Origin: the human T2T-CHM13v2.0 reference genome, Homo sapiens
NCBI RefSeq assembly: GCF_009914755.1
Contig: NC_060947.1
DNA length: 64,000 nt
Direction: 5' to 3' (one strand)
Part shown: positions 17,611-34,969 of the stretch, piece by piece
How positions within the stretch are numbered: position 1 is the first letter of the stretch
Layout of the letters: each line of letters opens with the position of its first letter
Made by a program: the position numbers and the translations under genes
Notes under the pieces: model-generated
Database searches by the model: none
Told to the model about the DNA's origin: nothing
What the model saw: only the letters and a program-made list of their open reading frames with translations

Positions 17611-19219
17611 TTTTTTTATTTTTTTATTTTTATTTTTATTTTTTTAGTATTTATTGATCATTCTTGGGTGTTTCTCGTAGAGGGGGATTTGGCAGGGTCA
17701 TAGGACAACAGTGGAGGGAAGGTCAGCAGATAAACATGTGAACAAAGGTCTCTGGTTTTCCTAGGCAGAGGGCCCTGCCGCCTTCTGCAGTGTTTGTGTC
17801 CCTGGGTACTTGAGATTAGGGAGTGGTGATGACTCTTAACGAGCATGCTGCCTTCAAGCATCTGTTTAACAAAACACATATTGCACCGCCCTTAATCCAT
17901 TTAACCCTTAGTGGACACAGCACATGTTTCAGAGAGCACGGGGCTGGGGGTAAGGTTATAGATTAACAGCATCCCAAGGCAGAAGAATTTTTCCCAGCAC
18001 AGAACAAAATGGACTCTCCTATGTCTACTTCTTTCCACACAGACACAGTAACAATCCGATCTCTCTTTCTTTTCCCCACACTTCCCCCCTTTCTATTAGA
18101 CAAAACCGCCATCGTCATCATGGCCCGTTCTCAATGAGCTGTTGGGTACACCTCCCAGACGGGGTGCCGGCCGGGCAGAGGGGCTTCTCACTTCCCAAAC
18201 GGGGTGGCCGGGCAAAGGCGCCCCCCCACCTCCCAGACGGGGCGGCTGGCCGGGCGGGGTCTGCCCCCCACCTCCCGGATGGGGCGGCTGGCCGGGCGGG
18301 GGCTGCCCCCCACCTCCCGGATGGGGCGGCTGGCCGGGCGGGGTCTGCCCCCCACCTCCCGGATGGACTGGGCGGCTGGCCGGGCGGGGTCTGCCCCCCA
18401 CCTCCCGGACGGGGCGGCTGCCGGGCGGAGATGCTCCTCACTTCCCAGACGGGGCGGCTGCTGGGCGGAGGGCCTCCTCACTTCTCAGAGGGGGCGGCCG
18501 GTCAGAGACGCTCCTCACCTCCCAGACGGGGTGGCGGCGGGGCAGAGACACTCCTCAGTTCCCAGACGGGGTCGCGGCCGGGCAGAGGCGCTCCCCACAT
18601 CCCAGAGGATGGATGGCCGGGCAGAGACGCTCCTCACTTCCTAGACGGGATGACGGCGGGGAAGAGGCGCTCCTCACTTCCCAGACTAGGCGGCCGGGCA
18701 GAGGGGCTCCTCACATCCCAGACGGGGTGGCGGCCGGGCAGAGGCTGCAATCTCGGCACTTTGGGAGGCCAAGGCAGGCGGCTGGGAGGTGGAGGTTGTA
18801 GCGAGCCGAGATCACACCACTGCACTCCAACCTGGGCAACATTGAGCACTGAGTGAGCAAGCCTCCCTCTGCAATCCCGGCACCTCGGGAGGCCGAGGCT
18901 GGCAGATCACTCGCAGTCAGGAGCTGGAGACCAGCCCGGCCAACACGGCGAAACCCCGTCTCCACCAAAAAATACAAAAACCAGTCAGGCATGGCGGCGC
19001 GCGCCTGCAATCCCAGGCACTCGGCAGGCTGAGGCAGGAGAATCAGGCAGGGAGGTTGCAGTGAGTCGAGATGGCGGCAGTACAGTCCAGCCTTGGCTCA
19101 GCATCAGAGGGAGACCGTGCAAAGGGGTGTGGGAGAGGGAGGAGGGAGATGGAGAGGGAGAGGGAGAGGGAGAGGGAGAGGGAGAGGGGGAGGGGGAGGG
19201 GGAGGGGGAGGGGGAGGGG
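17611..19219 (-). mobile_element. SVA retrotransposon, full-length (older B/C-like)
   Basis: T-rich tail at 17611-17646, SINE-R, GC-rich VNTR ~18150-18740, Alu-like region, (GGGAGA)n/(GGGGGA)n hexamer head at ~19131-19219; inserted in an L1. Confidence 0.93.
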
Positions 19220-19352
19220 CACAAGTTTTTTAGTTTAATTAGGTCTCATTTATTTATTTTTGCTTCTGTTGCACTTACTTTTGAGGTCTTAGTCATAAAT
19301 TCTTTGCCAAGGCCTATGTCCAGAAGAGTTTTTCCTAGGTTTTCTTCTAGAA

Positions 19353-19650
19353 TTTTTTTTTTTTTTTGTTAGATGGAGTTTCGCTCTTGTTGCCCAGGCT
19401 GGAGTGTGATGGTGCAATCCCCGGCTCACCGCAAACTCCGCCTCCCGGGTTCAAGCCGTTCTCCTGCCTCAGCCTCCCGAGTAGCTGGGAATACAGGCAT
19501 ATGCCACCACACCTGGCTAATTTTGTATTTTTAGTAGAGATGGGGTTTCTCCATGTTGGTCAGGGTGGTCTCAAACTCCCAACCTCAGATGATCCGCCCA
19601 CGTCAGCCTCCCAAAGTGCTGGGATTACAGGCGTGAGCCACCGTGCCTGG
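19353..19650 (-). mobile_element. Alu
   Basis: Reverse dimer; TSD ggttttcttctagaattttt. Confidence 0.92.
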
Positions 19651-20067
19651 TGGTTTTCTTCTAGAATTTTTATGGTGTCAGGTCTTAGATTTATGTCTTT
19701 AATTCATCTCGAGTTGACTTTTGTGTATGGTGAGAAATAGGCGTCCAGTTTCATTCTTGTACATGTGGCTATCCAGTTTTCCCAGCACCATTTATTGAAT
19801 AGGGTATCCTTTCCCCAGTTTATGTTCTTGTATGCTTTGTTGAAGATCCACTGGTTGTATGTAAATATTTGGCTTTATTTCTGGGTTCTCTATTTTGTTC
19901 CATTGGTCTATGTATCTAGCTTTATACCAGTACGACGCCGTTTTGGTTACTATAGCCTTGTAATATAATTTGAATTCAGGTAATGTGATGCCTCCAGATT
20001 TATTATTTTTGCTTAGAATTGCTTTGTCTATTCAGGCTCTTTTTTGGCTCCATATAAATTTCAGGAG

Positions 20068-20404
<337 letters not shown>

Positions 20405-20414
20405 TGAAAAATGA

Positions 20415-20786
<372 letters not shown>

Positions 20787-20893
20787 TAGATTCTTCCAAT
20801 CCATGAGCGTGGGATGTATTTCCACTTGTTTTTGTCATCTTTGATTTCTTTCAGCAGTGTCTTGTAGTTCTTCTAGAGATCTTTCACCTCCTT

Positions 20894-21011
20894 CCCAAAG
20901 GAAATGAAATCACCACCTCATAAAGATATCTTCACTCCCATGTCCATTGCAGCATTATTCACAATAGCCAAGATATGGAAACAACCTAAGTTGATTTTCT
21001 TTATCTATTTT

Positions 21012-21050
<39 letters not shown>

Positions 21051-21540
21051 GAATATTATTCAGCCTTAAAAAAGGAGATCCTGCCATTTGCCACATCATG
21101 GATAGACCTGGAGTACATTATACTAAGTGAAGTAAACCAGACACAGAAATAAAAATATAGCATGAGCTCACTTACATGTAGAATCTTAAAAAAGGTCAAA
21201 TATATATATAGAGAGAATACAATAGTAGTTACCAGGGGTAGGGTAGGGAGAAAGGGAGGAAATGGGGGAATGTAGGCAAAAGATTTTAAAGTAGCAGTTA
21301 CATAAGATGAACAAGTCTAGAGGCCTAAGGTACAACATGAGACTAGAGTTAATAAAATTGTATATATTAGGGATTTTTATTAAATAAGTAGATTTTTAGC
21401 TGCTCTTGTCACAAAAAAGTAACTGTGTGAAGTGATAACGTTCATTTGCTTCACTATAGTAACCATCTTATTATCTATATGTATTCCATAACATCATGTT
21501 GTAAACCTCAAATATATACAATAAAACTTATTAAAAAATA
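20894..21540 (+). mobile_element. L1MA-like 3' end with internal (CA)n
   Basis: SIAALFTIAKIWKQPK peptide; 3' UTR ending aataaaacttattaaaaa. Confidence 0.8.
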
Positions 21541-22324
21541 TTCTATCTGAAGAAGGTGGGATTCACAATAGTGGTGAGTTAGCATACTTCATTGATCCTA
21601 ATATACACTTTTTAAAAAAATTATGTCTCTGAAATCAGAATGCTTCTGACAGTCAGTGATGACAGTTGGCCATTTGATATTTTAGTGATCAGGTTGTCAT
21701 TGCCTGTGCATGAAATCCCCTTAAAAGATCAAGAAAGCATCTTCATTGAAAGTGTGCAGATGGGATCTCAGCAGCTTGGAAGGAAATCCTGGAACCAACA
21801 GTGAAACAGTCTTTCAATAAATGATGTACCACCAAAGGATAGCATAGGGTGCAGATCCAGCAACGCAGACAACGCTAATGTAAAAAAGGATTCAGAAGAG
21901 TTCTACGCTAAATATAAAGAACTTCTAGAAATAAATTCACTGATTTATTTTGCTTATGTGGACTAATACATTTAAAAAATGTATGCACAGAAGAGATCTA
22001 CAGTTAAGTAAATATAAATGAGATATTTCAATAAAAACAAAATAAAAATTCTCCAAATTATAAGAAAAAATAATCTAACTATTGACCCAGTTACACTACT
22101 CTAGGGAATTTAGCCTCAGGAAATTGCTTAAAAGAAAAAAAATTCTCTATGTACAAAGAAATTTGATCACAGCAGTATAATTTATAAAAGCAAAAAACCT
22201 GGTAACAACTTCAGTATTCAACAATGATAAGAGCTACTAATATCTGTTGAAACTTTAATATATCCCTGGTCCTCTACATACATTATGTCATTTGATAATC
22301 ATCATGGCCACATGAGATAGATAC

Positions 22325-22696
22325 TGATAGGGTTTGGCTCTGTGTCCCCACCCAAATCTCATCTTGAATTGTAATCCCCATAATCCCCATGTGTCAAGGA
22401 CAAAGCCTGGTGGGAGGTGATTGGATCATGTGGGCGGTTTCCCCCATACTGTTCTCGTGGTAGTGAGTGAGTTCTCACGAGATCTGATGGTTTTATGTGT
22501 CTGACAGTTCCTCCTTCACACACTTGCTCTTTCTCACCTGCCACCATGTAAGACATGCCTCTTCCCCTTTCACCATAATTGTAAGTTTCCCGAGGCTTCC
22601 CCAGCCATGCAGAACTGTGAGTCAGCTAAGCATCTTTTCTTTATAAATTATCCAGTCTTGCAGTTCTTTATAGCCATGTGAGAATGGACTAATACA
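22325..22696 (+). mobile_element. MSTA/THE1-type MaLR solo LTR
   Basis: tgatagggtttggctctgtgtccccacccaaatctcatc...ggactaataca; 5-bp TSD GATAC. Confidence 0.88.
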
Positions 22697-22714
22697 GATA
22701 CTAATCTTATCCCT

Positions 22715-23025
22715 ATTTTATTTTTATTTTTATTTTTATTTTTTGAGATGCAGTCTTGCTCTGTCGCCCAGGCTGGAGTGCAGTGGCGTGATCTCAGCTC
22801 ACTGCAACCTCTGCCTCCTGAGTTCAAGTGATTCTCATGCCTCAGCCTCCTGAGTAGCTGAGATTACAGACGTGTGCCACCACACCTGGCTAATTTTTGT
22901 ATTTTTAGTAGAGATGGAGTTTCACCATGTTGGCCAGGCTGGTCTTGAACATCTGACCTCAGGTGATCCTCTCGCCTCAGCCTCCTAAAGTGCTGGGATA
23001 ACAGGCGTGAGCCACTGCACCCAGC
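22715..23025 (-). mobile_element. Alu
   Basis: Reverse dimer; TSD cttatccc..tttta. Confidence 0.92.
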
Positions 23026-23401
23026 CCTTATCCCCATTTTATATACAAGGCACAGATACGTTATAACTTGCTCAAGGTCACAGAGGTAATAAGTAGGTTG
23101 TAGAATCAGGACTTAAACTGATATGGGTTTATATAGATCCAAACTTGTGCTATGCAACTAATAGAAAACACAGTATGTTGCAATAATAAATATGCTGCCC
23201 AATTCTGAGCAGAAAAAAGGTAGAATAGATTTGTATATATGCTATAATCACAATTATGTAAAATATGTGTATGAAAGGTTCAAAACTTAAGAAGTCTACA
23301 AAATATCTAGAGACACATTGCTGCAGAACATGAATGCCCAAGCTTGGTATCTGGGGACCAGTGGATCTAGTGACTCTGAACCTTTTCTGGGTTATAGGAC
23401 C

Positions 23402-23801
23402 CGTATTAGTCAGCTCAGGCTGCCATAATAAAATACCACAGGCTGGGTGGCTTGAACGAAGGAAATTTTTCTCACAATTCTGGAGGCTAGAAGTCCAAGA
23501 TCAAGGTGCCAGCAATTAGGTTCCTGGTGAGGGTCTTCTTTCTGGCTTGCAGACAGTCACCTTCTCACTATGTCCTTAAAGGGGTGGTGGGGAGAGAGAT
23601 AGAGAGACAGAGAGACAGAGAGAGAGAGAGATAGCACTCTGGTGTCTCTTCTTCTTCTAAGGGCACCAGTCTTATTGGATTAGGCCTCACCCTCATTTAA
23701 CCTTAGTTACCTCCCTAAGGGCCCTGTCTCCAAATACAGTCACATCGGAGGTTAATATTTAGACGTATGAATTTTGGGGAAACACAGTTCAGTCCATAAC
23801 A
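23402..23801 (-). mobile_element. MLT1A/B-like MaLR LTR with internal (GA)n
   Basis: gtattagtcagctcaggctgccataataaaataccacaggctgggtggctt...cagtccataaca. Confidence 0.8.
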
Positions 23802-24641
23802 GGAACTCTTTGAGAATGAGATGAAAGCTCTATACCCTCTCCCTAGGAGACTGCAAACACCACCTCCCACAACTCTGCACACAATTTCAGAAAAGTTCAT
23901 GGACCTCAGGTTGAGAAGCACTGTTTCAGGCCACCTTTCTGTTTTCACAGATGGAGAAATGGAGGTTTTGTAAGGGGAAGTGATTTTCAGTAGGTTAGGA
24001 GAGAGCCAGGTCTTTTGATTCCTCGTCTAGCGCTTGTCCTACCTTACTCTGCCATCTGTTGTGCCTGTACAGAACTGCACAATAGCCAGAGACAACCATC
24101 CTGGGTGACCCCAGCACACCACAGGTCCTCTGGATGGAGTAAAGACAATAGCTGCTCCTTCACCCAAGATGCTCTCATGGGTTAATCTGGCTCTAGCTGT
24201 AACTGACAGCAAATGGGATGTATTGTAGTGCTTAGAACTAGTCAAGAGGTTGGGAAGAAGCTGCACCAACTTTGATATCAATCCACATGAGGCCTGCGTA
24301 TGAGGAGATAGAGTGGTTTCTGCCCTGCTGAAGGACAAAATGGAGACTGCGGAGGTGCAGCCTTGAACTATCTGGTGGCCTTGACGTGGCACTGCCCCTC
24401 CAGCTCTTAGATTCCTCACTTGCACACTGACCATGAGTTGGCCTGTTAAATTTCTCCAAGAGTTCTTCTAGTTCCAATATTCTGTACTTCTATGATCTTA
24501 GAGCAGGAACCATGGAGAAAAAAAATCAGTTGAGGTGTTTGGGTCCTAGCATTATGGGCAAAATAATTTTTTCCCTCAAATTTCTTCTAATGGTATGATA
24601 GAATTAGCAATAAAGAAAATGTAGTCTAAAGGGATGAAAAA

Positions 24642-24806
24642 GGCTGGGTGTGCTGCCTCACACCTGGAATTCCAGCACTTTGGAAGGCTGAGGTAGGAGG
24701 ATGGCTTAAGCCCAGGAGTTCGAGGCTGGAGTGAGCTATGAGCATGTCACTGCACTCCAGCCTAGGTGATAGGGTGGGACCCTGTCTCAAAAAAAAAAAA
24801 AAAAAA
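24642..24806 (+). mobile_element. Alu monomer (FRAM/FLAM-like)
   Basis: Single ~145-bp monomer plus polyA. Confidence 0.8.
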
Positions 24807-25041
24807 TGTAGTTGGAAAAGATGAAAAATCCCTAATGAGAATCTGAGAAGACCCTTTACTTAAGTAGTAAAGTAAAGTTTCAACATAAGTGGTTCCTTGA
24901 TTTCTGCTTCTCACTCAACCTTAAGTAAGTCCTTACAGTTGCTGGACTTCTAAATAATGGAATCAGGGAATGGAGTGGTACTTATCATGAAAATTGCTAT
25001 TTATCTCTAGGCAGAGGGGTGGCTCCCAGAACCAGTAATAG

Positions 25042-25043
<2 letters not shown>

Positions 25044-25090
<47 letters not shown>

Positions 25091-25362
25091 GGAGACGGGG
25101 TCTCACTTTGTCATCCAGTCTAGAGTGCAGTGGTGATCTCGGCTCACTGCCAGGCTCTACCTTCCAGGCTCAAGCGATCCTCCCACCTCAGCCCCACAAG
25201 TGGCTGGGACTACAGGCATGTGGCACCACACCTGTCTAATTTTTTTGTATTTTTCATAGAGACAGGGTTTTGCCATGTTGGCCAGGCTGGTCTTGAACTC
25301 CTGAGCTCAAGCGATCTGCCCGCCTTGGCCTCCCAGACAGGCATGAGCCACTGAGCCTGGCC
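25044..25362 (-). mobile_element. AluJ-like element with (TG)n tail microsatellite (25044-25087)
   Basis: Reverse Alu; pure TG run. Confidence 0.88.
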
Positions 25363-26439
25363 CCAGAGAATAGTTTTTATTTCATTTCATCAATTGATGA
25401 AATAAATAATCCCAACATTCGTCCTACTTGACCCTATTAATGCCATAAACCAGTGTGGAGCCTTCACTCAAGCCACCCTCAGGGAGTACAAGGCTAGAAA
25501 CAAAAGCAGGGGAAACTCATCCTGGGATGGAGGTTGACTTTTTAGGAAAATGCCTCTGGCTTTATTCACAACAATAAGGCCCCAAAGGGCTGCACAGTCC
25601 AGCCTGCTATCTCTCTGTTTGTCAGGGCCCCGTGCTTTGTGTAGCACATCAGTGGTCTTAGTTGGGCCTGAGGAGAAGAAACAGGAAGAAAAGAGTTGCT
25701 GGGGAAAGCAGCTGGCAAGGTTGGCGTTAGGATGGAAGTGCCAAACAGGCAAAGGAGATGCAGCCCATCAGAAGGATTGCCAACACTGCTTCCATTTTAA
25801 TTGGCACAAATGGCCCTTTCAATCCCAGCAGCTAACAGTAGAGAAGAGGAGAAACTCAAAAGGCATGAGATCACTAGCTGCCTCCACTTGCATCCCAGCA
25901 AACAGCTTAAAACGGCACTGCCCTCACCTGGTCAAATTCATGTATTACATTGAAGGCACATGTTTTTAGATTTTTTTTTTGGTCATTTCTTTTTCTCCAG
26001 TTCTTGGTCCTCCACCTCTGAGAATAAGTGGATGGGGAGGTGACAAATCTCCCCTGAGAAAATGTACCAAGTGCATGGGATTCCAGCACAAAGTCACAAA
26101 CTGTGAATGAAAACTTACCACCCAAATATAAAATACTTACCAAAACATCGAAATTAATATCCCAATTATGTAAGCATCACTCCTATGATGTTTAGTGAAA
26201 TCTATGAGAATATGAAAATAAAACTATTTTTATCAATAAACTGATATTACTACTCTCAAAGAGATCTGCTATAAATAGAGAAAATAATTTTGGTTATCCT
26301 TCTGGTTATAAAATACTTGACTGTTTAATGCAATGTTACTTCCCTTACCACTATTTTTTCTCTGCTTATGGCAGTAAGTAACATACAGAAAGAAAACATC
26401 ACAATCTATGTGCGTAGTTTAATAAATAATTATCAAGTG

Positions 26440-29591
<3,152 letters not shown>

Positions 29592-29941
29592 TGTATTAGT
29601 CCATTTTCACACTGCCGATAAAGACATACCCAAGACTGGGAAGAAAAAGGTTTAATTGGGCTTACAGTTCCACGTGGCTGGGGAGGCCTCAGAATCATGG
29701 CAGGAGGCAAAAGGTGCTTCTTATGTGGTGGTGGCAAGAGAAAATGAGGAAGAAGCAAAAGCAGAAACTCCTGATAAGCCCATCAGATCTTGTGAGACTT
29801 ATTCATTATCATGAGAATAGCACTGGAAACGCTGGCCCCCATGATTCAATTACCTTCCCCTGGGTCCCTCCCACAACAGGTAGGAATTCTGGGAGATACA
29901 ATTCAACTTGAGATTTGAGTGGGGACACAGCCAAACCATAT
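29592..29941 (-). mobile_element. THE1/MSTA LTR adjoining the MaLR internal sequence
   Basis: tgtattagtccattttcacactgccgataaagacatacc...gacacagccaaaccatat. Confidence 0.85.
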
Positions 29942-30199
29942 AAAATAGAATAGCAGACAATTAATGAGAAAAAGTTTGAAAAACAAGAGCAACATAAGAC
30001 CAAGGAAAGTAGAAGGAAATAAGGTAAAAGCAGAAATCAGTGAAAGTGGAAACAAGCATAAGGATCACAAAACCAGAAGTTGGGTGTTTGGAAGAAGAAT
30101 GAAATTGGTAAAAGTCTTGTGAGACTGGTCAAGAAAACAAGGGAGAAGGGCACCACTATCAGGAAAGAAAAGGGAGAAATAAGCACAAATGATGTTACA

Positions 30200-30596
30200 A
30201 CCGTTCTTGTGTTGCTATAAAGAAATACCCAAGACCGAGACATTTATAAAGAGAAGAGCTCATGGTTCTGCAGGCTGTACAGGAAGTGTAGTGGCTACTG
30301 CTTCTGGGAGGACTCAGGAAGCTTGCAATCATGGCAGAAGGTGAAACAGGAGCAGGTACATTTTACATGGTAGGAGCAAGAGCAAGAGAGAGCAGGGGGA
30401 GGTGTCACACACTTTTAAATGACCAGACTCATGAAAACTCACTCATGACCGTGAGGACAGTACCAAGTGGATGGTGCTAAACCATTCCTGAGAAATCCAG
30501 CCCCATGATCCAGTCACCTCCCACCAGGCCCCACCTCCAGCATTAGAAGTCACAGTTTGACACGAGACTTGCTGAGGACACAGATCCAAATCATAT
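30200..30596 (-). mobile_element. MST-type MaLR LTR
   Basis: gttgctataaagaaatacc...cacctcccaccaggccccacctcc...gacacagatccaaa. Confidence 0.8.
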
Positions 30597-31003
30597 GATA
30601 GGCAGACATCCAAAAGATAGAAAGAGGATATGGTGGGGGAACTGGATATTCACACGGAGTGCCCATGCAGTAACAGCACATAGCTAATTAAATACAAAGA
30701 GAAGATGGCACCTCCACAATGGAGTAATCTGGAACAACGCCCTGGCCACATGGTCAAGATGAACATCACGAGTCATAAGAGAAGCCTACATGGAGAATCT
30801 GCTGATGTCATGCACCAAGAAGGACAACACATTTGCTGTGCAGTAGTCTTGTCAAAAATGTTAAACTTACCTGAGTTTAATCACAAGGAAGCCATTTGAC
30901 AAACCCAAGTTCAAGGGCTTCCTGAAAACAACTGCACTGGTTTAAAGCACATTTTAAACATTGCTTTAAAGCACACTTTAAAGGCCTCTGAAGAGACTTG
31001 ACG

Positions 31004-31298
31004 GGCTGGGAACCATGGCTCACGCCTATAATCCCAACATTTTGGGAGACCTAGGCGGGTGGATGGCTTGAGCTCAGGAGTTCCAGACGAGCCTGGGCAA
31101 CATGGTGAAACCCCGTCTCTACAAAAAGTATTTTAAAAATTAGCTGGGCACGGTGGCGCATGCCTGTAGTCCAAGCTACTTAGGAGGTCCAAGCTGAGGT
31201 GGGAGGATGGCTTGAGCCTGGGAGGTCAAGGCTGCAGTGAGTCGGGTTCGTGACACTGCCCACCAGCCTGGGAGACAGAGGGAGACCCTGTCTCAAAA
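31004..31298 (+). mobile_element. Alu (AluJ-like)
   Basis: Dimer; TSD aagagacttgac. Confidence 0.9.
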
Positions 31299-31779
31299 GA
31301 GACTTGACAACTAAATGCAAAGTATGATGTTTGGTTGGAAAGAGAATTTTGTTAGAAAGCAGCTATGAGGGATACTATGGGACCATGGGGACAATCGGAG
31401 AATGTTTCATGTGATCATACAGTAGAAAATTGTGTGGTCTCCATGTTACATTTCCTGAGTGTCATGGTGGCATTAAGGTTTTGTGGGAGCCCATGCTTCC
31501 TTGCAGGCGATACATGCTGCAGTATTTACCGATGATGGATCTAAATGATTCCAACGGATCTCAAATGATTCCACAAAACAATAAAAAAAAAAAATACACC
31601 CACACGCTCAGAAAAAGATGGGGGCGCGGCATGGAGGGAGGGCTGAAGCAAATGTGAGAAAATGGTAACAACTGGAGGATCCAGTAGAAGAATATACGTA
31701 TGGGTGCTCCTTGTGCTTTCCCTGCAACTCTCCTGTGGCTCCAAAATTTAAACAAATGCAATCTGGGATGAAGGGCGTA

Positions 31780-32400
31780 TTATGGACCATTTTATTCCAG
31801 TCAGTTTGAAAACAACGAAAAAGTCACCAATTGCTAGGAAACCAAATCCGCCAAGACTGACACAAGAAGGAACAGCCAACCTGAACCATTCCAGAATCAT
31901 TACAGAAAGATATGAGTAGTCAAAGTCTTTCTACTAATAAACTCCAGGATTCCCCACCATATTCTGACAAACATCCTAGGAATACATATCTTCCATTTGA
32001 CACAAACTCGTGCAGAAAATTGAAAGGGAGCAACAATCCTCCACTCACTGTATGAGCTTGGCATAACCTCGATACCAAATCCTGCAAGGACACTTAGAGA
32101 AATATTGCAGATAAATCACAGGCTCATGACATAGAAGCAAAAATCAGAACCAGAATCTTAGCACACAGAAGCCTACAGGATATAAAAGGAAAACGCCTAA
32201 TATGGTATGACTAATATTGGCTTCATCCCAGAAATACAAACTTAATTTCCCTTCAGAAAATACAGTGCTATAATTCTCCACATTAACAGATTTGGGGAGA
32301 AAGATACACTTTTTGTAGTCACGAAAAGTATTGACTAAATGTCAATATCAATTCAAGATGTATTGCTGACAATTCTTTTTTTTTTTTCTAAAAAGTCAGG
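31780..32400 (+). mobile_element. Very old L1 ORF2 remnant
   Basis: Degenerate A-rich L1-like sequence (cataacctcgataccaaa, gcttcatcccagaaatacaa). Confidence 0.5.
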
Positions 32401-34912
32401 ACTATTGGACTATAACTACACACAGTTGTATGGGATTTTGTAAATTCATACTGCTGTGGAAACACCAGCACGGTATATATAGATATAGAGCATCGGCATC
32501 CCCCCCAGTTTCCCCACGCCCTCTGGTAGTGAACTCCTAGTCTTAACCCTCAGACCTTGGCAACCACCAATCTGTTTTCTGTTGCTACAGATTTGCCTTT
32601 TCCAGAATGTCATATAAATGGAATCACACGGTATATGCATGTGCATTTGGCTTCCTTCAGAGAAAGACATTCTGATCACAATTCTCTGAAGGTGCAATGT
32701 ACAGTTTCATAACCTCAGTAGTAGTTACCTGGCTTGATCACCTTACAACTGTTTGTCAGAGGGCCGGCTTCTGAGTTCTCTCTGTAAGTGTGTGTGTATG
32801 CGTGGGTGTGTGTGAGAGAGAGTATGTGTGTGTGTGTGTGTGTATTATGTTTCAAACATATAATTTTACATTTAGCTGCCTCTAACTTTTATATCTTGGT
32901 GAGGGTTATTAACTGGGAATTATTAGCCCTGTAAAAGAAAGTGAGTGATTATTGGAAAAGTCAGCACAGTGATTACCTCTGGGGTGTGCAAAGGGGGAGG
33001 TAGTGATCGGGTTGGGGCAAACAGGAGGGTTCCAAAACCCTGCCAACCTTCTGTTCCTCGCTCTGCATGGTAGTGACCTGGACTTCAACATTGCACAACC
33101 ACATGGGCGCCGTTCACGCTGGATCATGAGAACGGAGCACCCTGGAATCCCACAGATAGAGTTTGCATGGCCACCCTGGCGGCCATAGCCTATGCGGCCG
33201 TACCTGGCAAACACTGGTGTTGGCCTCATCCTTCAAGGAAAGGGATGATGAGAAAATGTGTGGGGGAAAAGAGGAGTTCTTGGGGTGGAGGTTAAGGACA
33301 GATGTGCATGAGGTTGTCCAAGTTCATCCAGGAGTGTGTTCCAGGCAGGCTAAAGTTCATGGCTGTTACTCACCATGACCACTGTGATCCCATGATTGCC
33401 ATCTCACATCCCTGCGTATGGTGCCCTGGGCCTCGGCCACAGCCTGGAAGGCCACTCTTGGGGACTCTGGCTGGCGGGCGTGTGAGGAGACTCACACACC
33501 TTTGGCCCTAGTTGGAGTCTGAAGAGGAGATGGTCTTTTCTGCCCACAGAGTAAGAGGTCTCATCTGGAAATGTACCTGTGGCAGCCCTGGCGCCGGGTG
33601 TAGGTGGGATTCTGCTCAGGGCTCTGCCACTGTGGCTGCATCAAGGGCAGGCACTCAGCTCGCCAGACCTCCGGAGCCCGTCTGAGCTGAGTGGCAGGAC
33701 AAGGCAGGAGGGGGTCTAAGGCTCTCCAGCCCAGACCCCACAATCCTCTTGGTGGGAGAGCAGGCTTGAGGGAAAAGCAAAAGGGGGTCACTGAATAAGG
33801 GGAGGTGCTCAACCTCTTCCTCTCCACTGGGGCCCAGATGGATTGCGCTAATCCGAGGAACCTCGGATTCTGCACTTATATCCCCTAGAACTGGAAGGCT
33901 CCGCCTGACCATGGCCTGGGGTGTACATGTTACAGCCTCAGTATTGTGTGGGAGGTGGTCTGAATATGGAACCGAGGTGGTGTGCTGAGAGGCGGGGCTG
34001 GCAAATCCAGCCACCGGGAGATGGGTTCACGCCTTCCATGACTCTGTCCACGGGTTTCTCCCCTTCCACACTCTGTCGACCACGGCCCATGCCCCCCAGG
34101 GCAGTGATAGGGGTGGAGTTCTCACCCCACCAGAACCTGCCTAGATGTCTCCGGTGGCAAAAACCCAAGCTGGAGAGTCCCTGACACACGTCTTCCCCCA
34201 GACACCAGCCCACTGTGTTATCCCCCCAAGAAACAAACACCTGTGTCAGGGTCAAAGCCTTGGCCCAAGGAATCAAGCCAACCCTCTCAGGCGAGGGGTT
34301 TGATGCGGATGGGGTAGGTCCCCACCACCATTTGTTTACGTCTCTGAGGCCTGTGATTGGCCCTCCATGTGCGTGATGGTCCCACCCCATCCCGGCAGTG
34401 AGACACAGTGAGAGTATGTGGGAAGGCAGGTACCGAGCCTGACTAGCTGTCCCAGGGCAGTCCCTCTTTCTGGCTTTCCACCTGCACTGTTCCCACCCTG
34501 CCCATGTCAAGTCACAGCACCCTCCCATGGGAGATCCCCGCTTCCTAGATGAAACACCAACCAGCAACTCTGAGGCATTATCACTGCACCCACACACGGG
34601 AGTGCTGAGACATCCCATCCATCCTGCAGAGGATCAGGAGCCTACTGTGGTGCCTCCAGCATTCTGAGAGCCCGACACCCATCCCTGTGTTTGGGGATGT
34701 CCCATTTGTCCCAGTCTGTGCCCTCCTAGGTGTTAGAATTGAACACCACCTCTTGTCAAAGGTAGATCTCAGCCCTGCTTTTGCGCATTCGATCCTTCAC
34801 GGATCCTTCACCACTGCCTCCACTCTGTGAATCATCTCTTTCTTGCTCAAGGGAGAGCACCCTCAATTAATTTGATTCCCAAGCAGGTGCATGCAGGGGC
34901 ATGCTCATGCAG

Positions 34913-34913
34913 G

Positions 34914-34966
<53 letters not shown>
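34913..34966. repeat. (GC)n(AC)n microsatellite at the left edge of the palindrome
   Basis: gcgcgcgc followed by a pure AC run of about 23 units. Confidence 0.95.

Positions 34967-34969
<3 letters not shown>

Noticed and set aside
18096-18856. ORFs of 240 and 219 aa and overlapping shorter ORFs
   Set aside because: SVA VNTR translations.
20880-20910. L1 orientation switch suggesting a twin-priming inversion
   Set aside because: Each side has its own, different 3' UTR (at ~16255 and ~21540), so these are two separate elements abutting head to head.
21585-22050. Possible Tc2/MER104-like DNA transposon remnant
   Set aside because: Only a short motif (tctgaaatcagaatgc) is recognisable; too weak to annotate without an alignment.
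33850-33869. 9-bp-arm hairpin aatccgagg-aa-cctcggatt
   Set aside because: Too short to support an RNA gene; no flanking structure recognised.
33938-34618. 226-aa ORF on the - strand
   Set aside because: No recognisable domain or family similarity; likely a chance ORF in GC-rich sequence.
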